64,000 bases of DNA from Gammaproteobacteria bacterium (GCA_965209035.1 OZ242372.1:1920001-1984000), one strand, 5' to 3'; shown: positions 1-11,955, counted from the first letter of the stretch. Numbers and translations: made by a program. The notes: generated from the sequence alone by a model not told the origin.

Positions 1-2
1 CG

Positions 3-287
3 GTGCGCTATTTGGCGGCAAGTTTGGGTGAGCGGGAAATTCGGGTTAATGCCATCTCTGCCGGTCCGATCAGAACACTTGCCGCTTCGGGCATCGCCGA
101 TTTTCGCAAGATGTTGAAATATAATGCCGGGCGTTCGCCGCTGGGGCGCAATGTAACTGCACGCGAGGTTGGCGATGCCGCCTCTTTTTTGGCATCGGAC
201 ATGGCGAGCGGGATTACCGGCGAAGTGTTATATGTGGATGCGGGCTTTCAAGTTACCGCGATGGGTCTCAGGGAGGAGACGGATTAG
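3..287 (+). CDS. fabI: Enoyl-ACP reductase FabI, C-terminal part (truncated by window start)
   Basis: [18 protein letters not shown] and [13 protein letters not shown] are FabI signature segments. Confidence 0.95.
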   Translation: MRYLAASLGEREIRVNAISAGPIRTLAASGIADFRKMLKYNAGRSPLGRNVTAREVGDAASFLASDMASGITGEVLYVDAGFQVTAMGLREETD

Positions 288-458
288 AGTGATTTTTGTT
301 CCTGCCGATATTCATTTTTTTAGGGGCATTTAAGAAGATCATTTTGAAATTCAGCCTCTCGGTAAACAGAGAGAGTGTGCGCCTTGATAACACCTTATAA
401 TAAAATCAATCATTTTAGCGGATATAACTTTAAAGCAATAAACAAACAAATATAAGAT

Positions 459-2657
459 ATGCAATTTGCCGATACTATTACCATTCAGATTAAGAATCTT
501 CTTTCGTTGGAAAAAGAAAGAATTTCCGCCAAACAAACCTTGTTATTGGTACTGATCGCCTATGCCTTCGGTGCCGGTTGCCGGTTGTTTTACTTATTTA
601 AGGCGTTGGATAATCCGACGATGCTCTTGGATGGTTTTCCAATGATCAGCACCGAAGACGGCTACCTGTTTGCCAATTATGTCAAAGCGGTTGTCAATGA
701 CTTTTCGCTTGCGGACAGTCGCTTTTTTAAGGATATATCCGGTCGCGGACTTCTTGTTTTGCTCGCTTGGCTGGGGTATGTAATCACCCCTTTTACGATA
801 GAGCAGGTGGCGGTCTTTTTGCCGGTCATCTTCCCGCCTCTGGTCGTATTGCCGTTGATTTACTTGGGCCGCTTGCTGGGTAGCACCATTTGGGGATTTT
901 TTGCCGCTGTGATTACGGTTGTTGGCACCAGTTTTCTGCGACGCACCTCTTTTTCTTATTTTGATACGGATTTCTTTGTGCTTACTGTGCCGTGTTTGCT
1001 CATTCTGTTAGGCGTTTATGCGATCCTAAATCCGGGGTTACGCGCTGTCTTATTGTTATCCCTGTTTGTGGCATTGACCGATTGGTTGGATAAAGTGCAG
1101 GTTACCGGGACCCTGCATTTGGTCATTATGTTGATTTACTTTATGAGAAACTTTAAGCGGCCGACTCTTCCGCTTGAGTTGATCTTGATGGCATCGGCAC
1201 TTGCGCCGGATTTTCGCCAGTATTATGAAAGATTTTTATTGGTTGGGGTTCTGGGCTGTGTGATGTTTTTTCTCAGACGCTATTATTTTTTGATAGATCG
1301 CAGATGGTGGTTGGGAATATCCCTCGTTTATTTGGGCTATGTTCTTTGGAATAACCAGCTTTTCGGCACTATTCGTTTCTATACGAGTTACTATGGCGAT
1401 GCGGGACGAGGCGTCGGTGGTGGCGGCGGAAATTGGAATTATTACCAAGTTTCCGGAACCATTGCGGAGGCACGCACGGTCAATATGGAACAACTCGCCA
1501 GGGAGACCATCGGTTATACCTGGATGTTTCTTTTCGGTTTTGTCGGTGCTTTTTTTGCGCTGGCGCGTTATCCTGTGCTGGCTGTGGGCGGAGTGCTGTT
1601 GGGCGTCGGCGGTTTTGCCTTGCAGGGCGGCATTCGTTTTGTGGTTTACTTGATTCCGATTGTGGCAATCGGTGCGAGTTTCTTCATACTTTTAATACAG
1701 CGTTATGTGCATCGCTATGTACCGCGACAATATTTTAGCCATTACTTCAGTTGGCTGCTCGCTGTTGTTATGCTTGCCGTATTTTTATATCCGGGGGTAA
1801 GGCTCGCTTACAAGAATCAACCAAGGTTTGTCGCTCATCCGACCCAAGTTCAGGCGTTGCAGAGATTGGAGAAAAAGGGCTCACCGAAAGACTATGTTGT
1901 ATCTTGGTGGGATTACGGATATGTGATGTCCTATTATTCCGGCATGCAAAATATCATCAACGGCGCCAAGCATAACGAGGACAATTATATTGTTTCCAAG
2001 GCTTTTTCTTCCACCTCGCAAGCACTGGCTGCCAATTTAATCAGAGAATCTGTGGAAGCATACGAGGCCGGCGGGCGAGGAAAGAAAGCCACCAGTATAC
2101 TCTTTGGCGGCCGGCGTCCGGACTTTTCTCCGAGCACATTCGTTAGGAGCATGGCATCACCCGATTATGTTTTGCAGCATAATGCAACCCGAGACATCTA
2201 TTTGTATGTGCCTTATCAAATGTTACGCATCTATGGTGTGGTGCGTTATTTTAGCGATCTCAGTCTGGAAAGTGGCAGGCAGCAGCGTGCTCCCTTGATT
2301 GTCGGGAATTTTTACAGAGTGGACAGAGAAAAAAATAGGATCATTTTGCCGAATTCTATGACCGCCGACCTGACCACAGGGGAGCTGCGACAACGCGGGC
2401 AGGTTGTGGGCAAAATCAATACCATATACAATCATCAAGTTAAAGGACAGAACTCGGAAATGGTCGCTTTCCCCGTAAGCGGGATAGGGAACTTCTTTTT
2501 GATACTGTCACCCTATTACAGAATTGCTCTGGTTATGGGACCGGAAGCATTTAATGCCAACTTCATTCAGATGTTCTTTTTTAACAAGTACGATAAGAAT
2601 TATTTTGAACTTGTGGAACGCACACCTGTGACGACGATATACAGATTAAAGATCTGA
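459..2657 (+). CDS. pglB: STT3/PglB-type oligosaccharyltransferase (N-linked protein glycosylation)
   Basis: Multi-TM N-terminal region; STEDGY, DTD, TIAE and WWDYG motifs plus NGAKHNEDNY, matching the Campylobacter PglB catalytic motifs. Confidence 0.88.
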   Translation: MQFADTITIQIKNLLSLEKERISAKQTLLLVLIAYAFGAGCRLFYLFKALDNPTMLLDGFPMISTEDGYLFANYVKAVVNDFSLADSRFFKDISGRGLLVLLAWLGYVITPFTIEQVAVFLPVIFPPLVVLPLIYLGRLLGSTIWGFFAAVITVVGTSFLRRTSFSYFDTDFFVLTVPCLLILLGVYAILNPGLRAVLLLSLFVALTDWLDKVQVTGTLHLVIMLIYFMRNFKRPTLPLELILMASALAPDFRQYYERFLLVGVLGCVMFFLRRYYFLIDRRWWLGISLVYLGYVLWNNQLFGTIRFYTSYYGDAGRGVGGGGGNWNYYQVSGTIAEARTVNMEQLARETIGYTWMFLFGFVGAFFALARYPVLAVGGVLLGVGGFALQGGIRFVVYLIPIVAIGASFFILLIQRYVHRYVPRQYFSHYFSWLLAVVMLAVFLYPGVRLAYKNQPRFVAHPTQVQALQRLEKKGSPKDYVVSWWDYGYVMSYYSGMQNIINGAKHNEDNYIVSKAFSSTSQALAANLIRESVEAYEAGGRGKKATSILFGGRRPDFSPSTFVRSMASPDYVLQHNATRDIYLYVPYQMLRIYGVVRYFSDLSLESGRQQRAPLIVGNFYRVDREKNRIILPNSMTADLTTGELRQRGQVVGKINTIYNHQVKGQNSEMVAFPVSGIGNFFLILSPYYRIALVMGPEAFNANFIQMFFFNKYDKNYFELVERTPVTTIYRLKI

Positions 2658-2742
2658 TTAAATCCCGAACCCGACTGCCCGCGGCACCGGTTCAAACCAT
2701 TTCCAAGTACTCTTAGTTTTGCGGCAACGGATGAAAAATCCG

Positions 2743-3996
2743 TTATTCGTTATTTTTTTTAATGTCCTTTCCGCGTGTTTCTATGCGATGTTTGAGTTGC
2801 CGGATTTTTCTCAAAATAACTTTCGGCGAGATCCGACTGTAATCGCCCGGCATGAATGCGTAATTTTGCGGCTCTCTTTCTTTTTTCGTTCTAAACGCAA
2901 AGCCGGCATATTCTCGCCAGGGAAAAGATTGAATGTAGCGGGCATAGTGTAATCTGCGACCGGCTGCCATCATATAAAAAGTATATGTATAGTGCGGTGC
3001 AAAATGACAAGGAAATAATTCCAACAGAGCGCTATTGGGCGGAGTGAGCAGAATATGGCCGAGACCGGCACCGTGCATGCCGATCAATATATCCGTTTCG
3101 TTGATGCGTCTTAATTGCTCTTCCAGCGGAAGGTCTTCCATACGAGCGGGTTCAATGTTTATTCCCAAAGGTTGCAAGTTTTCACGCAGATAATTTAAAA
3201 GAGTTTATTCATTAAAAATACGCCGAATAGTGATGTTATTGGTTTTGTGAAAGTATGCGGGTCCCCTGGAAACCAACAAAACCCGAGTTACTTTTTTGAC
3301 GGGCGGAGCGGGTACTATGTCATAACTTGTCAAAATGTCTTGTCGCAATTCCTTCGCCAGGTTTGTATCCGCCCAGAGTGTCCAAATCAGCGGATTTTTG
3401 ATGCGGACGAATTTGTTGAGACGATAGCATCCGGACATTTCCCGCCCCGGCGAGAATTTTCCGAAGTGCTTGATAAGTTGCTCCCGCCCGATTTCTGCCG
3501 ATGGATAAGGCATGATCATCCGCGGAGAAAAAGATAACAAACGACAGTCTTGTTCATTAATTCCCAAAATTTTAAGATTGTATTTAATCGCAAGAAAAAG
3601 TGAGAGATTGACAGTCAGATTGTAGGGTGTGTGAAAATTTCCCTGAATCCAGTATCTGTGCGGATCCGGGTCCTGTTTGGCCGCTCCTTTTTGTGTTAGT
3701 GGCACAAAAACGGGAGCGCGATTCGGTGTGAATGAGATGGCAACGGACTCGGGCGGTGAAGGGGTAAAAGATGTTTTACGGCTCTTAATCTTGGAGAGAA
3801 GCGAGTATCCGCAGCGGCGATAAAGTATAATATCAAAGAAGGTAATCAGTGCCATTAGAATTCCTTTGAGATTGACTACCAAACGATTCAAAATAACTCG
3901 GAAAGGGACCTTGGAGCGGGATGCCGATTTATTTTGCATTTGGTATTGGACTGAGTCGTTTTTATTTTGGATATATAAAAGAATTATAAGAAGCAA
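2743..3996 (-). pseudogene. Glycosyltransferase family 61 (DUF563-like), interrupted by an in-frame TAA at 3205-3207
   Basis: ORFs 3205..3996 and 2743..3177 are in the same frame; read-through gives RRIFNE*TLLNYLRENLQ...EEQLRRINETDILIGMHGAGLGH, the continuous GT61 core. Confidence 0.75.
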
Positions 3997-4119
3997 GCAA
4001 ATCTCATATACTCGGCGAGTGAGGGGGAGAAAAACATTTATTATTGATGGTTATAAGAATACTATGAACATTTCGGACATTTTAGGCATTTCGGGCATTT
4101 TGAATAATGCACAAAACAG

Positions 4120-6036
4120 ATGGCACTTAATCGGATAACTTACGACATCATTGTGGTCGGCGGCGGCCATGCGGGGGTGGAAGCCGCATCTGCGGCCGGT
4201 CGTATGTCGGCGAGGGTTTTATTAGTGACGCAGAACCTTGACACCATTGGTCAAATGTCTTGTAATCCGGCGATTGGCGGACTCGGTAAAAGTCATCTGG
4301 TGCGTGAAATAGATGCGATGGGCGGGCTGATGGCACAGGCGGCGGACGATGCCGGCATTCACTTTCGGATTCTCAATTCTACCAAAGGACCCGCGGTGCG
4401 AGCCACCAGAGCTCAGTCCGACAGAGATCTGTATAAACTGGCAATTAAACAAAAACTTGCCGCATACGATAATGTGCAACTCTTTCAACAAACAGTGGAA
4501 GACCTGATTGTCCGCAGAGGACGAGTGCACGGTGTGGTGACCGGCGGGGGACAGGAGATATATGCCCCGGCGGTGATTTTGACGACCGGGACCTTTTTGG
4601 GCGGAATGATTTACCAGGGCGAACAACGCCAAGCGGCCGGGCGTGCCGGCGACGCACCGGCAAATGCCCTGGCCAGCCGTCTGCGCCGCCTGCCGTTTCG
4701 TGTCGGTCGTCTCAAAACGGGAACACCGCCGCGGCTTGACAAGCGAACCATTGACTTTTCGGTGATGGAAGAACAGCCGGGCGATTCGCCGCGTCCCACT
4801 ATGTCTTTTGATGCGACTCCCGCAAGACATCCGCAACAAGTATGCTGTCACATTACCGCCACAAACAAGCGTTCTCACAGAATCGTTACCGCGAACAAGC
4901 ACCGCTCGCCAATTTTTGGCGACAAGGTTCAAGGCAAGGGCCCCAGATATTGTCCGTCCATAGAGGATAAGGTTGCCCGGTTTGCGGGGCGCGATAATCA
5001 TCGTATTTTTGTGGAACCGGAAGGGCTTCATTCCGCGGAAGTCTACCCCAACGGCATTTCCACCAGTTTGCCTTATGAGGTCCAACAAAGGTTTATTCGT
5101 TCTATTGCGGGGTTTGAGAAGGCGCACATCACCCGACCCGGTTATGCCATTGAATATGATTACTTTGACCCGCGCGATCTGTCAATGTCTTTACAGACTG
5201 AAGCAGTTAAAGGGTTATTTTTTGCCGGGCAAATTAATGGAACCACAGGCTATGAGGAGGCGGCAGCCCAGGGCCTGGTGGCGGGGATTAATGCGGTTTT
5301 GTGTTCACAGGGTAAAGAACCTTGGTTGCCCGCCAGAGACACAAGTTATATGGGTGTAATGCTTGACGATTTAACGACTCGGGGAGCACCGGAACCCTAC
5401 CGGCTGTTCACCAGTCGCGCCGAATACCGATTGTCGCTGCGAGAGGACAATGCGGATGCCAGGTTGCGTCCCGCCGCCCACAACCTCGGTTTGCTGGACG
5501 CCCAAACTTGGGAGAGATTTGGCAAGAAGGAGGCAAGAGTCAACGGCGAATTATCTTTTCTCAGACAGAAAATTCTAAAGCCGACCGAAGCCAAGGCGGT
5601 CGGATTGCATGCTATGCTTGCGGCACCGCCGGATACGGCCGTTCGTCTGGCGGATCTTTTGCGGCGACCCGAGGTGCGATACGCACATATCGCAGCATTG
5701 TTGCCAAACGGTGGCTCCGGTGTGCAAATTGCCGCCCGGGTGGAAGCCGAGATCAAGTATGACGGTTACATCAACAGACAGGCAACCGAGATAAGGCGTG
5801 TTCGGGCGAGAGACGAAATGCCCATACCCGCGAATTTTGATTTTGCATCCGTTAAGGGGCTATCCGGTGAATCTTTGGAAAAGCTGTGTTCGGTGTCGCC
5901 GCCTACTTTGGGAGCGGCCGGGCGTATCCCCGGATTAACACCCGCGGCTGTCGGCATTTTGTCGATTTACCTGCACAAGGCGAAGGTTCGGCAATCTTCG
6001 GGTATTGTGCTGCGAGAAACACAGGCCGGTCATTGA
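4120..6036 (+). CDS. mnmG: tRNA uridine 5-carboxymethylaminomethyl modification enzyme MnmG/GidA
   Basis: GGGHAG, MSCNPAIGG, RLKTGTPPR, GPRYCPSIEDK, GQINGTTGYEEAAAQG. Confidence 0.98.
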   Translation: MALNRITYDIIVVGGGHAGVEAASAAGRMSARVLLVTQNLDTIGQMSCNPAIGGLGKSHLVREIDAMGGLMAQAADDAGIHFRILNSTKGPAVRATRAQSDRDLYKLAIKQKLAAYDNVQLFQQTVEDLIVRRGRVHGVVTGGGQEIYAPAVILTTGTFLGGMIYQGEQRQAAGRAGDAPANALASRLRRLPFRVGRLKTGTPPRLDKRTIDFSVMEEQPGDSPRPTMSFDATPARHPQQVCCHITATNKRSHRIVTANKHRSPIFGDKVQGKGPRYCPSIEDKVARFAGRDNHRIFVEPEGLHSAEVYPNGISTSLPYEVQQRFIRSIAGFEKAHITRPGYAIEYDYFDPRDLSMSLQTEAVKGLFFAGQINGTTGYEEAAAQGLVAGINAVLCSQGKEPWLPARDTSYMGVMLDDLTTRGAPEPYRLFTSRAEYRLSLREDNADARLRPAAHNLGLLDAQTWERFGKKEARVNGELSFLRQKILKPTEAKAVGLHAMLAAPPDTAVRLADLLRRPEVRYAHIAALLPNGGSGVQIAARVEAEIKYDGYINRQATEIRRVRARDEMPIPANFDFASVKGLSGESLEKLCSVSPPTLGAAGRIPGLTPAAVGILSIYLHKAKVRQSSGIVLRETQAGH

Positions 6037-6068
6037 TTTTATGATTTCGTTATCAAGGAATAAGACAG

Positions 6069-8669
6069 ATGAATGAAGGAATAACCGAACCGGGTTTGGA
6101 ATTTGTCAGCATAGAAGACGAGTTAAAGCAGTCGTACTTGGATTATGCGATGAGCGTCATAGTGGGGCGTGCGCTGCCGGATGTGCGCGACGGACTCAAG
6201 CCGGTGCATCGCCGGGTGCTGTTTGCGATGCATAAACTGAACAACGATTGGGACAAATCTTATAAAAAGTCCGCCCGCATAGTCGGCGATGTCATCGGTA
6301 AATATCATCCGCACGGTGACAAAGCGGCCTATGACACGATTGTGCGAATGGCACAAGAGTTTGCAATGCGTTACAGACTGGTGGATGGTCAAGGTAACTT
6401 TGGTTCGGTGGACGGTGACATGCCCGCCGCAATGCGATATACGGAAGTGCGGCTGACAAAAATTTCGCATACTTTTTTAAGTGATCTGGACAAGGATACC
6501 GTAGACTTTGTTGCCAATTATGACGGCAGCGAGAAGATGCCGTCCGTTTTGCCGGCGCGTGTGCCGAACTTACTAATCAACGGAACTGCCGGGATTGCCG
6601 TGGGCATGGCGACCAGTATCCCGACACACAATCTTAGTGAGGTAATAGACGGCTGTCTGGCAATTTTGGAGAATCCCGATATTCAAACCGAGGACTTGAT
6701 GCGTCATATACCGGCGCCGGATTTTCCGACAGGCGGTTTTATTTATCGCAGTCGTGAGATTGTCCGCGGATATGCCACAGGTCGCGGGCAGGTGCGTATG
6801 CGTGCCAGGCACGAACTGGAAGAGAATCGTGAAGGGCGCGAAGGGCGGACGCGTATTGTGGTGACAGAAATTCCTTACAGAGTGAACAAAGCGGATCTTT
6901 TAACCAAGATTGCCGAATTGGTGCGAGACAAAAAAATTGAAGGAATTGTCGATCTGCGCGACGAAAGCAACAAGGACGGGATGCGTATTGTAATTGATTT
7001 GAGCCGGACGGCAATTTCTCGTCTGATCATTAACTTGTTATACAAGCATACGGCATTGGAAAGCAGTTTCCCGATTAACATGGTGTGCCTGGTAAACGGC
7101 AAGCCGCGCACCCTGACGCTGAAAGGTATTTTGCAAGAATTTATTTCCCATAGGCGCGAGGTGGTCATTCGGCGCACATTGTATCTTTTGCGCCAGGCCA
7201 AACATCGCGGGCATATTCTGGAAGGTCTCGCCCTGGCACTTGCCAATGTGGATAAGGTCATTGCTCTGATTAAGCAGTCACGAAACGCCGCCGAGGCCAA
7301 ACAGGCCCTATTGGACCGAGTTTGGGACATGCGCGATCTCGCGGATATTTTGGAAAAAGCAAAAGCGGGTGACTGTCGCCCGGATACTTTGGGACCGGAG
7401 TATGGAATTCAAAAAGAAGGGACAAAAACTCTTTACAAGATGTCGCCGCAGCAGGCGCAAGCCATACTGGATTTGCGATTGCAGAGATTAACTTCTATGG
7501 AAAGACGCAAACTCTATGACGAATACGGCGAAACCATTAAGCGTATCGGACAATTTTCCGGTATCCTTAAGAACCCGGACAAACTGCGGGCTTTAATCAG
7601 AGAAGAGTTGGAGGAAATGAAAGAGCAATTCGGCGACAAGCGCCGTTCGGAAATTATTGTTGAAAGAGGTGATCCGGATGCCTTGGATTTAATCAAGTCC
7701 GAGCAACTGGCTATTTTGCTCTCGCGCAACGGGTATATTAAAGCCCAACCCTTGTCCGAGTTTAAACAACAAAAGCGCGGCGGACAAGGCATCACCGCAA
7801 CCGGCATCAAAGAAGAAGATGCGATTGAGAAGTTAGTCAACGCGGACAGCCATGATTGGCTTTTATGTTTTAGCAATACCGGGCGCGTTTATCGTATTCC
7901 GGTGCACGAGATTCCCCAACTGGGCCGGCTGGCGCGCGGGAAGCCGATTGCCAATCTCCTGCCGTTGGGTGCGGATGAAAAAATTATTACGCTTTTCCCG
8001 CAAGGGCGAGATGTTGCGGCGAATGAAGATCGCTTTATTTTGTTGGCAACCGAAAGTGGGCGAGTCAAATGCTTGCGGGCAACCCATTTTGTTTCTGTGC
8101 GATCGAACGGGTTGAACGCCATCAAATTGCTTGACAACGACCGGGTAGTCGGTGCGCTCTCCGTCCGGGGTAAGAGCAATATTTTGCTTGTTTCTTCGGG
8201 CGGGCTTGGTGTGAGATGCAATATGGAATCTTTTCGCCCGCAAGGGCGGGGTGCCGGCGGCGTGCGCGGCATGCGCTTAGGGAAAGGACACAGATTAATC
8301 AGCATGCTGCCCGCGGACGATGCAAAATACCTGATTACGGTTTCTGTGACAGGCTATGCCAAACGAACACGCATTGAGGACTTCTCAATCCGCGGCCGCG
8401 GTGGCAAAGGGATGATTGCTATGCGGATGAACGAACGCAACACAGAATTGGCGGGTGCTTGTGTTGCGAATGATGATGATGAATTGATGCTGATTGTCAA
8501 TAACGGCAAGTTGATCCGATTGGCAGCGAAAGGAATTTCTATCCAAGGCAGAACTGCAAGTGGTGTTCGCACGGTGCGGGTTACGGGAGAAGGATTCGTG
8601 AAGAGTTTGACCTGTCTGTCGGGTGTCGAATCGGATCGGGACGAGTCGCATGAGCCCGACAAAAAATAA
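6069..8669 (+). CDS. gyrA: DNA gyrase subunit A
   Basis: [29 protein letters not shown] (catalytic Tyr), GyrA-box QKRGGQG, beta-pinwheel repeats. Confidence 0.97.
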   Translation: MNEGITEPGLEFVSIEDELKQSYLDYAMSVIVGRALPDVRDGLKPVHRRVLFAMHKLNNDWDKSYKKSARIVGDVIGKYHPHGDKAAYDTIVRMAQEFAMRYRLVDGQGNFGSVDGDMPAAMRYTEVRLTKISHTFLSDLDKDTVDFVANYDGSEKMPSVLPARVPNLLINGTAGIAVGMATSIPTHNLSEVIDGCLAILENPDIQTEDLMRHIPAPDFPTGGFIYRSREIVRGYATGRGQVRMRARHELEENREGREGRTRIVVTEIPYRVNKADLLTKIAELVRDKKIEGIVDLRDESNKDGMRIVIDLSRTAISRLIINLLYKHTALESSFPINMVCLVNGKPRTLTLKGILQEFISHRREVVIRRTLYLLRQAKHRGHILEGLALALANVDKVIALIKQSRNAAEAKQALLDRVWDMRDLADILEKAKAGDCRPDTLGPEYGIQKEGTKTLYKMSPQQAQAILDLRLQRLTSMERRKLYDEYGETIKRIGQFSGILKNPDKLRALIREELEEMKEQFGDKRRSEIIVERGDPDALDLIKSEQLAILLSRNGYIKAQPLSEFKQQKRGGQGITATGIKEEDAIEKLVNADSHDWLLCFSNTGRVYRIPVHEIPQLGRLARGKPIANLLPLGADEKIITLFPQGRDVAANEDRFILLATESGRVKCLRATHFVSVRSNGLNAIKLLDNDRVVGALSVRGKSNILLVSSGGLGVRCNMESFRPQGRGAGGVRGMRLGKGHRLISMLPADDAKYLITVSVTGYAKRTRIEDFSIRGRGGKGMIAMRMNERNTELAGACVANDDDELMLIVNNGKLIRLAAKGISIQGRTASGVRTVRVTGEGFVKSLTCLSGVESDRDESHEPDKK

Positions 8670-8954
8670 TTTAATTTTATAAATATCTTAAAATTTTAAG
8701 AATTATTTTCAGGATATGTTTCGTAAAATTATAGAATTGATTGTGGCACTATTAGCGATTGCGGATAACAGTGCCGATCAAATGCGAGAGAGGCTGATTG
8801 TGAGAACGAGGATATGTTTGTTATTATGCATATTCATATTAATGTTCTCGCATGAAGGGATGCTTAAAGCGGTATGGAAGATAGTTGATTACGGGGTGTC
8901 CGACAAGTTCGGACAGTACTCCTCGTCCGGGCTACAACAGTAACACAGTAACTC

Positions 8955-11903
8955 GTGTCAGTTAATCCCCCGGTGCATAAACGCACCAAGACAAAAAACG
9001 ATATTTCCGCCGAATCGCGCGGGACATCATACGCATTACCGGAGAACAGAACACCGTCAACCGGTAATGACAAGGAGCCAACCGCCACTCTTTTTGAAGC
9101 GGGGAAGCTCTATGTGGTGAAAAGAAACGAAGCGGTTGTTCCGTATGACGAGGAAAAAATTGTCATAGCCATTTCAAAAGCCTATCTTGCGGTTGAGGGC
9201 GGACATGCTTCTATTTCTTCCCGGGTGCACGAGAGTGCGGAGGTACTTGCCGGGCAAATTACCGCATCTCTAAAGCGTCATCACAGCGGTCGCGCCATTC
9301 ATATAGAAGAAATACAAGATAAGGTAGAACTTGCCTTAATGCGCAGCGGCGAACACAAAGTGGCTCGCAGCTATGTCTTGTATCGCGAAGAACAGACCCG
9401 CAAACGCGATATCCTGCAGCAGAACGCAAAACCCGCCGAAGAGTCAACAACCATTGTTTATCCGGATGGAAAAAAACAGGTTCTTTCGCATGCGGTGTTG
9501 CGGAAAGATATGGAAAAAATCTGTGCCGGTTTGGAAGATGTGGATCCGCAGGCATTGTGTAACGAAGCGGTGCGCGGTCTATACCGGGAAATGAATCTGA
9601 GAGATATGGAGGAGATGCTTGTCGCTACGGCACGAACTTTTATTGAATCCGACCCGAACTATACTTATGTGACAGCAAGGCTCCTTCTGCATAAGGTTGC
9701 CGGCGAGACATTGAACTTCTTGGGCTTGGATGTCAAGGACAAAGGGAACCTGAAGAAAGTGTATGCCGTCGCCCTGGAAGAATCGGTGCATGCGGGAACA
9801 GAAATGGGCTTGTTGGACGAAGAACTCAAGCAGTTTGATTTTACCGTTCTGGGCAAAGCGATTGATGCAAAGCGAGATCATACTTTTACCTATCTGGGAT
9901 TGCAAACCTTATACGATCGTTATTTTTTGCATAAGGAAAATATTCGTTTTGAATTACCCCAGGTCTTTTTTATGCGTGTGGCGATGGGTTTGGCAATACG
10001 GGAGCAGGAGCGCGAAAAATGGGCGATAGAATTCTACAATGCTTTATCTCAGTTTGACTATATGAGTTCTACGCCGACGCTTTTCAATTCCGGGACGGTG
10101 CGCCCGCAGCTATCCTCTTGTTATCTGACAAGCATAGATGACAGTTTGGCGGGCATTTATAAAGGAATCGGTGATAATGCGATGCTCTCCAAATGGGCGG
10201 GTGGGCTCGGCAACGATTGGACGAAAGTGCGTTCCATCGGTTCTCACATCAAAGGTACAAACGGAAAATCTCAGGGAGTGGTGCCGTTTCTTAAGGTCGC
10301 CAATGATACGGCCGTAGCCGTTAATCAGGGAGGCAAACGCAAAGGGGCACTTTGTTCCTATCTGGAAACCTGGCATTTGGATTTGGAAGAGTTTTTGGAA
10401 TTACGCAAGAATACGGGTGATGACAGGCGGCGCACGCACGACATGCATACCGCCAACTGGATACCGGATCTGTTTATGAAACGATTGCTGGGAGACGCGG
10501 ACTGGACGCTGTTCTCTCCTTCCGACACAGCCGATCTGCACGAATGTTACGGCAAGAAGTTTGAGGAAAAGTATGTCAAGTATGAAAAGATGGCGGCGGA
10601 CGGCCGACTTCAAAATTTTAAAAAGATAAAAGCCAAGGATCTCTGGCGCAAGATGCTATCCATGCTTTATGAAACAGGTCATCCGTGGATTACTTTTAAG
10701 GATGCATGTAATATACGTTCGCCGCAACAACACTGCGGCGTCGTCCATTCTTCCAACCTGTGCACGGAGATTACTTTGAACACCAGTCGCCGTGAAATTG
10801 CCGTATGCAATCTGGGTTCTGTCAACTTACCGCGTCATTACAAAAACGGGAAATTGGATTTGGAGAAGTTACGCAAGACAGTCAAAACAGCCATTCGCAT
10901 GCTGGATAATGTCATTGACATTAATTATTATCCCGTCCCGGAAGCGCGGCATTCCAATATGAAACATCGCCCCATTGGCTTGGGACTTATGGGTTCTCAG
11001 GATGTCTTACATATGCTGCGCATTCCTTATGCTTCGCCGGAGGCGGTAGAACTTGCCGACAGAACGATGGAGCATATCAGTTACTATGCCCTGGAAGCAT
11101 CTTCGGATCTTGCCGCCGAAAGAGGCGCATACGCCAGTTATGATGGTTCTCTTTGGTCGCAAGGCATCTTGCCCATAGATTCATTGCGACTTCTTAAAGA
11201 GGAGCGCGGTGAAGAATATCTGGAAACGGATGTCCATACAACATTGGATTGGCAGGCTTTGCGCGAGAAGATTGGCGTGCAGAAAATGCGTAATTCCAAT
11301 GTCCTCGCAATAGCCCCCACAGCCACCATTGCCAATATCACGGGCGTTAGCCAGTCAATAGAGCCGGCATTTAAAAATCTTTATGTGAAGTCCAATCTCT
11401 CCGGTGAGTTCACTTGGGTGAATCAGTACTTGGTGCGGGAGCTGAAAATCTTGGGAATGTGGGACGATGTGATGGTGAATGACCTTAAGTATTATGACGG
11501 CAGTGTTCAAAAGATTAACCGCATTCCCAATGACTTAAAAAAACTGTATATGACCGCATTTGAAATGGATTTTTCTTGGCTGGTGCGTTGTGCTTCTCGC
11601 CGGCAAAAGTGGATTGATCAGGCACAGTCGCTGAACTTCTACATAGATCAGCCAAGCGGCAAGGTGTTGGATGAGTTATATCGGTCCGCCTGGAAACTGG
11701 GACTCAAAACGACTTATTATTTGCGCTCAAGAAGCGCGTCCCGGACGGAAAAATCCACTCTTGATAAGAGACCGGAAAACGACGAAACCGAGGATCTGGA
11801 AGTTCGTGACGATGCAAACCATCGTCCCATAACGCAGGGTCCCGCTTCGCCGGGGGGGGATGTCTGTAACCTGGATGATCCGGACTGCGAAAGTTGTCAG
11901 TGA
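8955..11903 (+). CDS. nrdA: Ribonucleoside-diphosphate reductase alpha subunit, with tandem ATP-cone region
   Basis: VVKRN ATP cone, TPTLFNSG, SSCYL, SNLCTEI, APTA, KTTYYLR, C-terminal CESCQ; start codon uncertain. Confidence 0.96.
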   Translation: MSVNPPVHKRTKTKNDISAESRGTSYALPENRTPSTGNDKEPTATLFEAGKLYVVKRNEAVVPYDEEKIVIAISKAYLAVEGGHASISSRVHESAEVLAGQITASLKRHHSGRAIHIEEIQDKVELALMRSGEHKVARSYVLYREEQTRKRDILQQNAKPAEESTTIVYPDGKKQVLSHAVLRKDMEKICAGLEDVDPQALCNEAVRGLYREMNLRDMEEMLVATARTFIESDPNYTYVTARLLLHKVAGETLNFLGLDVKDKGNLKKVYAVALEESVHAGTEMGLLDEELKQFDFTVLGKAIDAKRDHTFTYLGLQTLYDRYFLHKENIRFELPQVFFMRVAMGLAIREQEREKWAIEFYNALSQFDYMSSTPTLFNSGTVRPQLSSCYLTSIDDSLAGIYKGIGDNAMLSKWAGGLGNDWTKVRSIGSHIKGTNGKSQGVVPFLKVANDTAVAVNQGGKRKGALCSYLETWHLDLEEFLELRKNTGDDRRRTHDMHTANWIPDLFMKRLLGDADWTLFSPSDTADLHECYGKKFEEKYVKYEKMAADGRLQNFKKIKAKDLWRKMLSMLYETGHPWITFKDACNIRSPQQHCGVVHSSNLCTEITLNTSRREIAVCNLGSVNLPRHYKNGKLDLEKLRKTVKTAIRMLDNVIDINYYPVPEARHSNMKHRPIGLGLMGSQDVLHMLRIPYASPEAVELADRTMEHISYYALEASSDLAAERGAYASYDGSLWSQGILPIDSLRLLKEERGEEYLETDVHTTLDWQALREKIGVQKMRNSNVLAIAPTATIANITGVSQSIEPAFKNLYVKSNLSGEFTWVNQYLVRELKILGMWDDVMVNDLKYYDGSVQKINRIPNDLKKLYMTAFEMDFSWLVRCASRRQKWIDQAQSLNFYIDQPSGKVLDELYRSAWKLGLKTTYYLRSRSASRTEKSTLDKRPENDETEDLEVRDDANHRPITQGPASPGGDVCNLDDPDCESCQ

Positions 11904-11955
11904 TTTTTTTATCATATCAATCAATATACTTATTACTTATTAAAAGAGAAACATT

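Noticed and set aside
8670-8954. 75-aa ORF and possible NrdR boxes upstream of nrdA
   Set aside because: No recognisable family for the ORF and no convincing match to the NrdR consensus
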